Assembly: GCA_039188975.1 (NCBI GenBank)
Contig: JBCCYT010000005.1
Span: forward strand, 2,251 to 66,250
Source: Actinomycetota bacterium
Lineage (GTDB): Bacteria; Actinomycetota; Acidimicrobiia; Acidimicrobiales; Aldehydirespiratoraceae
DNA: 64,000 bases
Direction of reading: 5' to 3'
A model generated the notes under the pieces. It saw nothing but the letters and a program-made list of their open reading frames with translations, ran no database searches and was not told where the DNA came from. Shown here piece after piece: positions 34,306 to 43,428 of the stretch. The first letter of the stretch is position 1. The number at the start of each line of letters is the position of its first letter. The translations under genes and the position numbers were made by a program.

Positions 34306-35146
34306 CGCTTGTCAGGGTACCCGCCGGACCCGGCAGGATTTGAGTCAGGCGGCCCGCAACTTTGATACCGATTCCGAGCGCAAGCAGGCCACCGACGGCG
34401 TCGAGCCAGAAATGATTGGCCGTCACCACGATCGCGAACAGGGTCAAGACCGGGTAGGCCGCGATCGCCACACGCGCCCACCGGCTCCGCAGGACCGGGT
34501 ACAACGCAATCGTGCACCAGGTCGCCCAGGCAACATGCAGGCTTGGCATGGCTGCGTACTGATTGCTGATCGTCTCCATCGTGCCGGACTCAAATGACCA
34601 CAGCCCACCGGGGTCGACGAGAGTGTCGACATAGTCGTGCCCTGGCTCACAGGCGCCGAACCGCGAGTCGCAATTGCCGAGCAAGCGCGGCGGCATCAAC
34701 GGAAAGAAGGCGAACCCGACCAGCGCGACGCCGGTTGTCGCAGCCAGGGTCGAGCGCATGAACGTGTAGCGGCGAGGGAACCGCACGAACAGGTACACCA
34801 TCGCCCCGATCGTCACCGCGAAGTGGAACGTGCCATAGAAGACGTTCCAGAAGATGATGAACCAGTCCCACTCGAGGAATCGGTTGTGCAGCCACTCCTC
34901 GACGTACAGGCCGACCGCCCGCTCGATGTCGATGATGCGTTCGGCGTTGCGATAGGACGCCTCTTGCACCGACGCCCCCAGCGCCGACCCAAACTGGTTC
35001 CGGATGGCCGAGTAGATGACGTAGAAGGCGAGCGTCAACCCCAGCTCGACCCACCAGCGCAGCGGTCGAGCGGTTTCGGTTTCGGTTGCGGTTTCGGCGA
35101 CGCCACTGCCGGGGGCCGGCGTCGACCCGTGCTCGGCGTCCGACAT
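34277..35146 (-). CDS. PAP2-superfamily membrane protein (PAP2_C / inositol-phosphorylceramide-synthase-like)
   Basis: 289-aa ORF with 6 TM segments. AMPSLHVAWATW and NHFWLDAVGG histidine motifs. The 3' end overlaps the dxs start by 29 nt. Confidence 0.8.
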   Translation of the reverse strand: MSDAEHGSTPAPGSGVAETATETETARPLRWWVELGLTLAFYVIYSAIRNQFGSALGASVQEASYRNAERIIDIERAVGLYVEEWLHNRFLEWDWFIIFWNVFYGTFHFAVTIGAMVYLFVRFPRRYTFMRSTLAATTGVALVGFAFFPLMPPRLLGNCDSRFGACEPGHDYVDTLVDPGGLWSFESGTMETISNQYAAMPSLHVAWATWCTIALYPVLRSRWARVAIAAYPVLTLFAIVVTANHFWLDAVGGLLALGIGIKVAGRLTQILPGPAGTLTSDAARRPEWA

Positions 35147-35239
35147 CGGGCCGGATCGTAACCGAGGTTCGCCTAGGCTGAGAGGCGTCTCGCGGTGCGA
35201 CCGGCCCCGTCATCGTTCCCGTCTCGAGGGAGATGACCC

Positions 35240-35833
35240 ATGGGCCCCACCCATTTCTTGTTTCGTCGGTTCGCGAGCGTGCTGTGCGCCGCCGCCTTGA
35301 GCGCCGCAGTTGCAGCCGCGTGTTCGCCATCATCCGCGCCGGCCCCGCCGCCGACCGACAGCGCCCCGCCGCCGAATGACCTGGACGAGCCCGCGTCGCG
35401 GTCGCCGGAGGTCACCTGGCCGACGATCGGATGGTTGGTGCTCGACCTGGAGGCCGAGATCGCACTCGACCCGCACCAGTCGATGGCATGGACGGCTGGG
35501 ACCGCCGCCCGATGGGACGCAACAACGGTCGAGGTCTGGACCGACTCGCCCGACCCGGCGGATCCGCCGCAACGCCTGCGTGAACATCGCCGAGAAGCGA
35601 ACCAGGCGGCGACCATTGCCGCGCTGCGAGGCATGTTCCACGCATCGTTGGCTGATGGGCTCGTGGCGGTGGGTGACGATGATTCCACGACGTGGACCTA
35701 CGAAGCGACGTACTCGGGCCTCGACACCGTCGTGCGAGAGACATGGCGAATCGGTGTCGGTCCGGCGCCGTGGCTGGCGGGCGGCGGGGCCCACCGAGAG
35801 GAGTCGTTCGGCCCGTTTGGGGCCTCGCCATGA
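35240..35833 (+). CDS. Hypothetical lipoprotein
   Basis: 197-aa ORF. Signal FASVLCAAALSAAVAAA/C followed by a Pro/Ser/Ala linker. I recognise no family. Confidence 0.6.
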   Translation: MGPTHFLFRRFASVLCAAALSAAVAAACSPSSAPAPPPTDSAPPPNDLDEPASRSPEVTWPTIGWLVLDLEAEIALDPHQSMAWTAGTAARWDATTVEVWTDSPDPADPPQRLREHRREANQAATIAALRGMFHASLADGLVAVGDDDSTTWTYEATYSGLDTVVRETWRIGVGPAPWLAGGGAHREESFGPFGASP

Positions 35834-35897
35834 GAGAGAGCGTTCCGCCCCGATACCATGGGGCTCCCCCCTCACACCCCACCTTTTCGGAGGCACC

Positions 35898-37289
35898 GTG
35901 CTCGACCACGAGCTCATCAACCGCACCCTGTCCACCGCGATGCGAACCGGGGGTGAGTTTGCCGAGGTGTTCGTCGAAGACAAGCGGTCGTCGTCCGCGG
36001 TGCTCGACGACGGACGAGTCGAAGAACTCACCAGCGGCCGCGACCGGGGCGCCGGGATTCGGGTCGTTGTGGGTGACACGACCGGCTTCGCCCATACCGC
36101 AGATTTGAGTGAGGCAGGTCTCCGAGCCGCAGCGGAAGCGGCCGCGTCGGCTGCACGAGGGGGAGGAGGCGCCAACACGGTCGTCGCGGTATCGCCGATC
36201 GACGTCGAGCGTGGCGCTCCCGTGCGGATCCCGCCCGAAGATGTCGCCAAAGCCACCAAGGTTGGCTTGTTGACACTCGCCAACGAAGCCGCCCGCGCCG
36301 AGGGTTCGGCCATCTCACAGGTGTCGGCCCGCTACGGCGACTCACGGCGCCGGATCCTCGTCGCCAATTCCGACGGGCTCCTCGCCGAGGACGATCAGAT
36401 CCGGACGCTCTTCAGCGTTTCATGCGTGGCCACCGGCGACACCGGACTGCAGACCGGTCGCGAATCGACGGGCCGTACCGTCGGTTTCGAACTGTTCGAC
36501 GAGGCCGATGTCGAAGGGATGGGCCGTCGCGCCGCCGAGCGCGCGATCACCAAGCTGTCCGCCCGGCCCGCGCCGTCTGGCGCCGTACCCGTCGTCGTCG
36601 GCCCCGGTGGCGGCGGTGTGCTCTTCCACGAAGCGTGCGGGCACGGCCTCGAAGCCGATCTCGTCGGCAAGTCGGCGTCGGTGTTCGCGAACCGGGTTGG
36701 CGAGCAGGTCGCCTCCCCGCTCGTGACCTTGATCGACGACGGCACTATGGCCGGTGAGTGGGGTTACTTCGCGATCGACGACGAAGGCCGCCCGGCCGGT
36801 CACAACGTCTTGATCGAGAACGGCGTCCTCACCGACTACATGTGGGATCACCTGCGTGCTCGCAAGGAAGGCCGCGAGTCATCGGGCAACGGACGGCGCC
36901 AGAGCTATCAGCACCTGCCGATGGTTCGCATGACCAACACCTACATCACGGCGGGCCATGACGATCCGGCCGACATCATCGCCGACACCGATTCCGGCGT
37001 GTACGTCGCCCAGCTCGGCGGTGGTCAGGTCAACACCGCGACCGGTGACTTCGTGTTCGGCATGACCGAGGCGTACCTCATCGAGAACGGTCAAATCACC
37101 GACCCGATCCGCGAGGGCAATCTCATCGGCAATGGGCCTGACGTGCTCACCCGGATCGACATGCTCGGCCACGACTTCAAGATGGGCTCTCCAGGGACCT
37201 GCGGCAAGGACGGCCAGGGCGTGCCGGTTGGTGATGGCACGCCGACGCTTCGGGTGACGTCGTTGACGGTCGGCGGCACTGCCGCCTGA
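35898..37289 (+). CDS. tldD: TldD-type metalloprotease (catalytic subunit, HExxxH present)
   Basis: Track ORF 35310..37289. Start placed at in-frame GTG 35898, preceded by GGAGG. VLDHELINRTL...AEVFVE...GAGIRVV N-terminus, active-site LFHEACGHGLEAD and GSPGTCGKDGQ near the C-terminus. Confidence 0.9.
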   Translation: MLDHELINRTLSTAMRTGGEFAEVFVEDKRSSSAVLDDGRVEELTSGRDRGAGIRVVVGDTTGFAHTADLSEAGLRAAAEAAASAARGGGGANTVVAVSPIDVERGAPVRIPPEDVAKATKVGLLTLANEAARAEGSAISQVSARYGDSRRRILVANSDGLLAEDDQIRTLFSVSCVATGDTGLQTGRESTGRTVGFELFDEADVEGMGRRAAERAITKLSARPAPSGAVPVVVGPGGGGVLFHEACGHGLEADLVGKSASVFANRVGEQVASPLVTLIDDGTMAGEWGYFAIDDEGRPAGHNVLIENGVLTDYMWDHLRARKEGRESSGNGRRQSYQHLPMVRMTNTYITAGHDDPADIIADTDSGVYVAQLGGGQVNTATGDFVFGMTEAYLIENGQITDPIREGNLIGNGPDVLTRIDMLGHDFKMGSPGTCGKDGQGVPVGDGTPTLRVTSLTVGGTAA

Positions 37290-37291
37290 CG

Positions 37292-38635
37292 ATGGCTGAA
37301 CTTCTCGACATCGCCACCCGGGTCGCCGGGTGGGCCAACGCCGGCGAGCAACTTGAAGCGTTCGTCGTTCACGAAACCGAGACCGACGTCCGGGCCTACA
37401 ACGGCGCGGTCGAATCCTTCACCCGAGCCGAGTCTCGTGGCATCGGCGTTCGGGTCATCGTCGACGGCAAGCAGGGCTACGCCTACGCCGGGACGCTCGA
37501 CGAAGATGCGCTCAGCGAGACGCTCCGCGAGGCCCGCGATAATGCATCGTTCGCCGAACCCGACGAGTTCAACGGGCTGGCGACCCCCGATGACGTCGGC
37601 TTCGCTGACCTCGATCTGTGGTCCGACGACTTCGCGTCGTTCACCACCGACGAGAAGGTGGCGTTGGCGATCGAGCTCGAGCGGCTGACGCTCGACGCCA
37701 ATCCGTTGGTGAGTGGTGTCGAGTCGGCAGAGTACGTCGACATGGCCTACGAGTCGGCCGTGGCAACGTCGACCGGAATCGCAGCCACCGGTCGCGGCAC
37801 CGGGTGTTACGTGTCCACCCACTCGATGGCAGAGCGAGATGGCGAAACCCAGACGGGCTTCGGGTTCTCGCTCGGCCGCGATCCACGTGGACTCGACCCG
37901 GCCGCCGCCGCACGCGACGCCGGTGAGCGTGCGACCCGGCTACTCGGCGGCACGAAGCCAGCATCGGAGCGCCTCACCGTCGTGCTCGACCCATTCGTGA
38001 CGGCCCAATTCCTCGGCATCGTCGGCCATACGCTCACCGGGGACGCCGTACTCAAAGGCCGGTCGATGTTCGCAGACCGTCTCGGTGATGCGGTCGCTGC
38101 TTCGTCGATCACGTTGGTTGACGATCCGACCAACGCCGATGCGTTCACTGCCGGCATCGTCGACGGCGAGGGACTCGCAACTCGCCGCGTGCCGTTGATC
38201 GTCGACGGCGAACTTCAGGCGTTTCTCCACAACGCCTACTCCGGTCGCCGAGCCGCCCGCCCGTCCACCGGTTCAGCGGTGCGGGGCGGTTTCAAGAGCG
38301 GACCGGGGGTCGGCGCGCAAGCACTCGCACTGACGCCCGGTGATCGTTCACCCGCAGACCTGATCGCAGGGATCGACAACGGCTTTCTCGTGCAAGGCGT
38401 CGCCGGACTGCACTCGGGAGTCAATCCGGTGTCGGGCGACTTCTCGACCGGTGCGGAGGGGCTGCGGATCCGCAATGGCGAGGTCGCCGAACCAATCCGT
38501 GAAGTCACCATTGCCTCGACGTTGCAGCGGCTGCTTCACGACATCGAAGGGATCGGTAACGATCTCGAGTGGTTGCCGATGAGCGCGGCAGGGGTTTCGC
38601 TCGTCGTCGCCGACGTGACGATGTCGGGAGCCTGA
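37292..38635 (+). CDS. PmbA/TldE-family protein, paralogue 1 (no HExxxH)
   Basis: 447-aa ORF starting 2 nt after the tldD stop. TldD/PmbA fold blocks RGIGVRVI, VLDP..., GLHSGVNPVSGDFS and EVTIAS. No metal-binding HExxxH. Confidence 0.88.
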   Translation: MAELLDIATRVAGWANAGEQLEAFVVHETETDVRAYNGAVESFTRAESRGIGVRVIVDGKQGYAYAGTLDEDALSETLREARDNASFAEPDEFNGLATPDDVGFADLDLWSDDFASFTTDEKVALAIELERLTLDANPLVSGVESAEYVDMAYESAVATSTGIAATGRGTGCYVSTHSMAERDGETQTGFGFSLGRDPRGLDPAAAARDAGERATRLLGGTKPASERLTVVLDPFVTAQFLGIVGHTLTGDAVLKGRSMFADRLGDAVAASSITLVDDPTNADAFTAGIVDGEGLATRRVPLIVDGELQAFLHNAYSGRRAARPSTGSAVRGGFKSGPGVGAQALALTPGDRSPADLIAGIDNGFLVQGVAGLHSGVNPVSGDFSTGAEGLRIRNGEVAEPIREVTIASTLQRLLHDIEGIGNDLEWLPMSAAGVSLVVADVTMSGA

Positions 38636-38636
38636 G

Positions 38637-39998
38637 ATGAGCAAACCGGCGGAAAGCCAGGAGCTCGCACGGCGGCTGGTTGCGCAAGCCCAAGTCGGTG
38701 AGCACGTCGAGGTGTGCGCAGGATCCTCCGTGCGCACCGAGGTTCGGGTCCACGGCGGTGAGGTCGAGTCGCTCACCGTTGCTGAGAGCCGAGGCGTCGG
38801 GGTGCGGGTCATCCGCAACGGTCGCGAGGGATTTGCCCACGCCGGTACCTTCGACGGCGATGTCGTGGGCGAGTTGCTGGCTGAAGCACGCGACAATCTC
38901 GACTTTGCGGAGCCCGACGACCGGGTCGGGCTCGCCGAACCCGACGGGGTGGCCGCGGCCGAGATCGACCCTTGGGATGACCGGCTCGACGCGATGTCGG
39001 TCGATGACAAGGTCGCCTTGGCAATCGAACTCGAAGCGGCGACGCGAGCGGCCGACGAGCGGGTACGAGGTGTCCGCACCTCGATCTATGTCGATGCCCG
39101 AGGCGAGAGCGCGATCGTGAGCACTGCGGGAATCGACGGTTGGGATCGAGGCGCATCTGCGTCGATCTCGACCAGTGCACTCATCGATGACCCGTCTGGC
39201 GCGACCCGCACCGGCGGGGCGGTCGATGCCGCGGCGGCGCCACAGGACCTCGATGTCGAGAAGGTTGCTCGGCTCGCGGTCGAGCGTGGCGTACAGCTGC
39301 TTGGTGCCGGTCCACCTGAGACGGGCCGCCCGATCGTCGTGCTCGAACCTCGCTTTGCCGCCACCGTGCTCGGCATCGTGGCCGGCATGTTGTCGGGCGA
39401 GCGGGTGGTGAAGGGGCGAACGCCATTCGGTGATCGGGTGGGGCAGGCCATTGCCACGCCGTCGCTCACCATGCTCGACGATCCCATCGATCCCGACTCG
39501 CTTTCGGCGTCCGCGTTCGACGGTGAGGGTCTCGCCTGCCGTCGCGTTCCGCTCATCACCGATGGGGTTCTCGACGGCTTCTTGCACGACAGTCGCAGCG
39601 CTCGTGGTCTGGGCGCAGCATCGACCGGTTCGGCGTTGCGTTCGGTCCGCGGCATGCCGAGTCCCGGTTACCGCTCGCTGCGGGTGGCGCCCGGTGAAGG
39701 CGATCTCGACTCGTTCATCGCAGACATCGACCATGGGTTGCTCGTCGCCTCGCTGCAAGGGCTTCACAGCGGTGTCAATGCCGTCAGCGGTGATCTGTCC
39801 GTCGGCGTCGAAGGGGTGATGATCCGCAACGGCGAACTCGCCGAACCGGTGCGGGAGGGCACGCTCGCCGGTGCGCTTCCCCGCTTGCTGCTCGACATCG
39901 TCGCCGTTGGCGCTGATCTTGAACGTCAACCGGGTGGAACGCTCGTCCCGTCACTGATGATCGAGGGGTTGACCCTCGGCGGCGGGCCCGGCGCCTAA
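38637..39998 (+). CDS. PmbA/TldE-family protein, paralogue 2 (no HExxxH)
   Basis: 453-aa ORF starting 1 nt after the previous stop. RGVGVRVI, VLEP..., GLHSGVNAVSGDLS. No HExxxH. Confidence 0.88.
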   Translation: MSKPAESQELARRLVAQAQVGEHVEVCAGSSVRTEVRVHGGEVESLTVAESRGVGVRVIRNGREGFAHAGTFDGDVVGELLAEARDNLDFAEPDDRVGLAEPDGVAAAEIDPWDDRLDAMSVDDKVALAIELEAATRAADERVRGVRTSIYVDARGESAIVSTAGIDGWDRGASASISTSALIDDPSGATRTGGAVDAAAAPQDLDVEKVARLAVERGVQLLGAGPPETGRPIVVLEPRFAATVLGIVAGMLSGERVVKGRTPFGDRVGQAIATPSLTMLDDPIDPDSLSASAFDGEGLACRRVPLITDGVLDGFLHDSRSARGLGAASTGSALRSVRGMPSPGYRSLRVAPGEGDLDSFIADIDHGLLVASLQGLHSGVNAVSGDLSVGVEGVMIRNGELAEPVREGTLAGALPRLLLDIVAVGADLERQPGGTLVPSLMIEGLTLGGGPGA

Positions 39999-40031
39999 CC
40001 TCGCGCCGACCGCAGCCGACGAGGAGCGAGT

Positions 40032-40841
40032 ATGGAGATCCTTCACGCCATCGTGCTGGGCATTGTGCAGGGACTGTCGGAGTTCTTGCCGATCTCGTCG
40101 AGCGGGCATCTCGAGCTGACCCGTTGGCTCTTTGGGTGGGACGCCCTCGACGAAGACCTGGAGACGGCGTTCGACGTCGCTGTGCACCTCGGAACCCTCT
40201 TCGGTGCGATCGCGTACCTGCGACATGACGTCGTCAAGTACCTCATGGCCGGTTTCGCCCCGCTGCGGGGTCAACCGTTGGAGACCGACGGGCGCATCGC
40301 CTGGTTTCTCGTGGCGAGTGCCGTTCCGGCCGGTATCACGGGTGTCTTGTTGAAGGATCAGATCGCTGACCTCGATCGGATCTGGATGATCGCCCTCATG
40401 TTGATCGTGTTTGGCGTGGCGCTCCTCGTCGCTGATCGACTTCCCGAGCGACGGGCTCTCGACGAATTCCGCCTGCGCGATGCGCTGGCGATGGGGGTCG
40501 GGCAGGCGTTGGCCTTGCAGCCGGGTGTGAGCCGGTCGGGAGCAACGCTCACGGTGTGTCGGGGCCTCGGGTTCGAGCGGGACGCGGCGGCCCGTCTCGT
40601 GTTCTTGATGAGCTTGCCGATCATCGCCGGCGCCGGCGTGTTCGCACTGGCGGATGCGTCGATTCCATCGAACTTCTGGCCCCCGTTCCTGTGGGGGATG
40701 GCGGCATCGGCCATCACCGGCTGGGTTGCGGTGTGGGGCACCCTCAAGTTGGTGCAGACCCGAACCTTCGCCCCGTTCGTGGTGTACCGGATCGTGCTCG
40801 GCATCGCCGTGTTGTTGATCTTGGCGACCGGCTGGCGTTAG
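40032..40841 (+). CDS. uppP: Undecaprenyl-diphosphate phosphatase
   Basis: 269-aa ORF. QGLSEFLPISSSGHL N-terminal motif, SRSGAT motif and 7-8 TM segments. Confidence 0.93.
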   Translation: MEILHAIVLGIVQGLSEFLPISSSGHLELTRWLFGWDALDEDLETAFDVAVHLGTLFGAIAYLRHDVVKYLMAGFAPLRGQPLETDGRIAWFLVASAVPAGITGVLLKDQIADLDRIWMIALMLIVFGVALLVADRLPERRALDEFRLRDALAMGVGQALALQPGVSRSGATLTVCRGLGFERDAAARLVFLMSLPIIAGAGVFALADASIPSNFWPPFLWGMAASAITGWVAVWGTLKLVQTRTFAPFVVYRIVLGIAVLLILATGWR

Positions 40842-41482
40842 TCGGTCCGTAGCACGGCGACCACCCCGGCTGCGCCCGACGCACGCACGACCGAGGCGAT
40901 GTCAGCGATGGCCACGGCGACCGCGAGGTCGCGGTCGGTGGTCGCCACGACAACTCCGTCGGCGGTCAGACGGCGACCGTCGCTGAGGTCGTGGAGGTCG
41001 ACTCGGTCACCGATTGCGAAGAGCTCGCTGGTGCGACTGAGTGCGATCGTCGCCGTTCCGGGTGGGGTTCGAGCGGCGAAGGCCGACCCGGCCTCGCTGA
41101 CCCGGTCGGCGATCACGATCTCTCCTACGACGAGATCAACTCGGCTCCGGCTCCCAGAGGGATCGTTGACGAGGGCGCCCTCGGGCACCACGCCAGCCGG
41201 CAGTTCGATGCGCTGGACCATGTCGGGTTGGATAATGTCGCCCGATGAGATGTCGGTCGTGGTGGCCCAGATCGATGGGCCGGGCGACCAGTGGTCGCGG
41301 GCCGTAACGGCGTCGCTGATCGCACCGTTGAGATGAGAGGCGGCAAGGCCGAGCGCCACGATGAAGAGCGCCCGCCGTCCCGCTCGATGGCGCCGAAGTC
41401 GGCTGCGGACCGCCCCAACGGCGACCGGGATGGAACGAAAGGGCGAGCGCAATTCGGCGCGTCGCGGTGAGGATGAAGACAT
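40838..41482 (-). CDS. SAF-domain / CpaB-like protein with N-terminal TM anchor
   Basis: 214-aa ORF. TM ALFIVALGLAASHL, then a beta-rich region (GDIIQPDMVQRIELP...) like SAF/RcpC-CpaB proteins. This is the usual neighbour of FmdB in Actinobacteria. Confidence 0.65.
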   Translation of the reverse strand: MSSSSPRRAELRSPFRSIPVAVGAVRSRLRRHRAGRRALFIVALGLAASHLNGAISDAVTARDHWSPGPSIWATTTDISSGDIIQPDMVQRIELPAGVVPEGALVNDPSGSRSRVDLVVGEIVIADRVSEAGSAFAARTPPGTATIALSRTSELFAIGDRVDLHDLSDGRRLTADGVVVATTDRDLAVAVAIADIASVVRASGAAGVVAVLRTD

Positions 41483-41552
41483 GGAACTTCCCGATGCATG
41501 GCGTGGGAGGGGAAGTCGGGTTTGGTCGTCTCAGTCGAGACGCAAGGACCGG

Positions 41553-41864
41553 TCAGTCGCTCGATGAGCTCGAAGAGGACGTGTCTGACGATGAGCTCGA
41601 GGAGCTGCCCGAGGACGAGCCGCCCTCCGATGATCCCGACGCACTCGTCGAGTCCGTCGTCTTCGACGACTCCGAGGGTTTGGAGCCGGAACCGTGATCG
41701 TTCTTGTAGAAGCCGTCGCCTTTGAACGCAATGCCGACGTTTGAGTACACCTTGGTCAGCTTGCCGTCACAGGTTGGGCAGTCCTCGATGGGATCCTCCG
41801 AGAACGACTGCCAGATCTCGAACATCTCACCGGTCAGGTCGCAGCGATAGTCATAGGTCGGCAC
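41553..41864 (-). CDS. FmdB-family zinc-ribbon protein with a Ser-rich C-terminal tail
   Basis: Track ORF 41553..42038. Start placed at in-frame GTG 41864 (VPTYDYRCD...CPTCDG...). The CxxC zinc ribbon is followed by ~50 aa dominated by Ser/Gly/Thr/Asp. Confidence 0.8.
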   Translation of the reverse strand: MPTYDYRCDLTGEMFEIWQSFSEDPIEDCPTCDGKLTKVYSNVGIAFKGDGFYKNDHGSGSKPSESSKTTDSTSASGSSEGGSSSGSSSSSSSDTSSSSSSSD

Positions 41865-41914
41865 GCCGGTGAGGATATCGCTCGCCCGAGAGCGCGACAC
41901 CGTACGATGGGGCG

Positions 41915-42490
41915 GTGCTGTTGGCTCTCGGTATCGTCGCCGCGTATCTGGTCGGGACGTTCCCGACGGCCCAGCTCGTGGCCCGCGTCCTCGGCGCAAG
42001 CGACCCGACCCAGGAAGGCTCGGGCAATCCGGGCGCATCGAACGTGTATCGCCTCGCCGGCAAGCGGGCGGGGGTTGCGGTTGGTGTCATCGACGCGCTC
42101 AAAGGCGCAGTTCCCGTCGGCGTTGCGTTGGCGGTCGCCGGCCGACCAGAAGCCCACGCCGTCTGGGTCGCGGCGGTCGCCGGACATGTCTGGCCGGTGA
42201 CGCGACGGCTGCGCGGCGGCAAGGGAGTCGCGACCGCAGGTGGCGGTGGACTCGTGATCTCGCCGCTCATCGGCCTGGCGTGTGGGGTGTTGTTTTTCGG
42301 CGTGGTTCGGCTGGGACGAGTTGCCGCTCTCGGTTCCCTTTCAATTGCGGTTGCGTATCCGATTGTGAGTCTGTTGGCCGGTCGCCCCGGGTGGGAGGTT
42401 GCGGTCGGCGCTGGTGTTGCGGCGATTCTCGTCGTGCGCCACCAGTCGAATATTCGTCGCCTCATCCGAGACGACGAAGCGACGGTCTGA
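41915..42490 (+). CDS. plsY: Glycerol-3-phosphate acyltransferase PlsY
   Basis: 191-aa ORF. GSGNPGASNV motif, GHVWP motif and 5 TM segments. Confidence 0.9.
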   Translation: MLLALGIVAAYLVGTFPTAQLVARVLGASDPTQEGSGNPGASNVYRLAGKRAGVAVGVIDALKGAVPVGVALAVAGRPEAHAVWVAAVAGHVWPVTRRLRGGKGVATAGGGGLVISPLIGLACGVLFFGVVRLGRVAALGSLSIAVAYPIVSLLAGRPGWEVAVGAGVAAILVVRHQSNIRRLIRDDEATV

Positions 42491-42512
42491 TTCCCGCCAC
42501 AGGAGACACCGC

Positions 42513-43379
42513 ATGCTTGCTGTTCGTACCGCAGTGATCCCAGCCGCCGGGCTTGGCACCCGCTTCCTTCCGGCGACGAAGTCGATCCCGAAGGAGATGC
42601 TGCCGGTCGTGGATCGGCCGTCGATCCAGTGGGTCGTCGAAGAGGCCGTGGCGGCAGGCATCGAAGACATCGTGATCATTACCAGCCCCCACAAGAAGGC
42701 GGTCGAAGATCACTTCGATCGGATGGCCGAACTCGAACACGAACTCGAGGTCAAGGCGAAGACGGCGATGCTCGAGGAGGTTCGTCGGATCACCGATCTC
42801 GCCACCTTCCACTTCACGCGACAGGGAGCTCCCTTGGGTTTGGGTCATGCGGTGTCGATGGCCGCCCGCCATGTCCGGGACCAGCCGTTTGCGGTGCTGT
42901 TGCCCGACGAGTTGATGCCCGACGGGGGTGAGACCTTACGGCGCATGATCGAGATCACGGAGACGACGGGCGCATCGGTGGTGTCGCTCAACGCCGTCGA
43001 TGGTGAGGAGATCTCTGCGTATGGCTGTGCTGGCATCGCGAGCCGTGATGGTGATGTGATCGAGATCGATCAGATCGTCGAGAAACCGCCGTTCGAGGAA
43101 GCACCGTCGAACCTTCGGGTCACGGGTCGATACGTGTTCACCGCCGACATCTTCGATCGGCTTGCGCAGACGAAGCCGGGGCGAGGCGGCGAGATTCAGC
43201 TCACCGATGCGATGGCGATGCTGATCGGTGATCCTGGCCTGCGAGGCCTGGTGATCGACGACAGTGGATTCGACGCCGGGCAGAAGGCCGACTGGCTTCG
43301 CGCCAATGTCGAGCTCGCCCTGCGCGACGACCCCGATGGCTCCGTGGCTGCCATGCTTCGAGCCGCCCTCGGCGACTGA
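42513..43379 (+). CDS. galU: UTP--glucose-1-phosphate uridylyltransferase
   Basis: Track ORF 42399..43379. Start ATG 42513 is preceded by AGGAGA. AVIPAAGLGTRFLPATKSIPKEMLPVVD motif. Confidence 0.92.
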   Translation: MLAVRTAVIPAAGLGTRFLPATKSIPKEMLPVVDRPSIQWVVEEAVAAGIEDIVIITSPHKKAVEDHFDRMAELEHELEVKAKTAMLEEVRRITDLATFHFTRQGAPLGLGHAVSMAARHVRDQPFAVLLPDELMPDGGETLRRMIEITETTGASVVSLNAVDGEEISAYGCAGIASRDGDVIEIDQIVEKPPFEEAPSNLRVTGRYVFTADIFDRLAQTKPGRGGEIQLTDAMAMLIGDPGLRGLVIDDSGFDAGQKADWLRANVELALRDDPDGSVAAMLRAALGD

Positions 43380-43428
43380 CGCGGCGCACCGGGTTGGGGC
43401 GTTCGAGTGGGAGTGGCACGCTGAGGGG

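Noticed and set aside
35855-35885. Weak resemblance of GCTCCCCCCTCACACCCCACC to the 3' end of tRNA-Ala (CTCCCCTCACCTCCACC), as a possible att-like remnant
   Set aside because: The match is short, gapped and made of C-rich low-complexity sequence. It lies 11 kb from the tRNA with housekeeping genes in between.
41467-41697. 76-aa acidic ORF (…DELEEDVSDDELEELPEDEPPSDDPD…) on the plus strand
   Set aside because: It is the antisense reading of the Ser-rich tail of the FmdB gene. The low complexity mirrors the opposite strand, and there is no independent start context.
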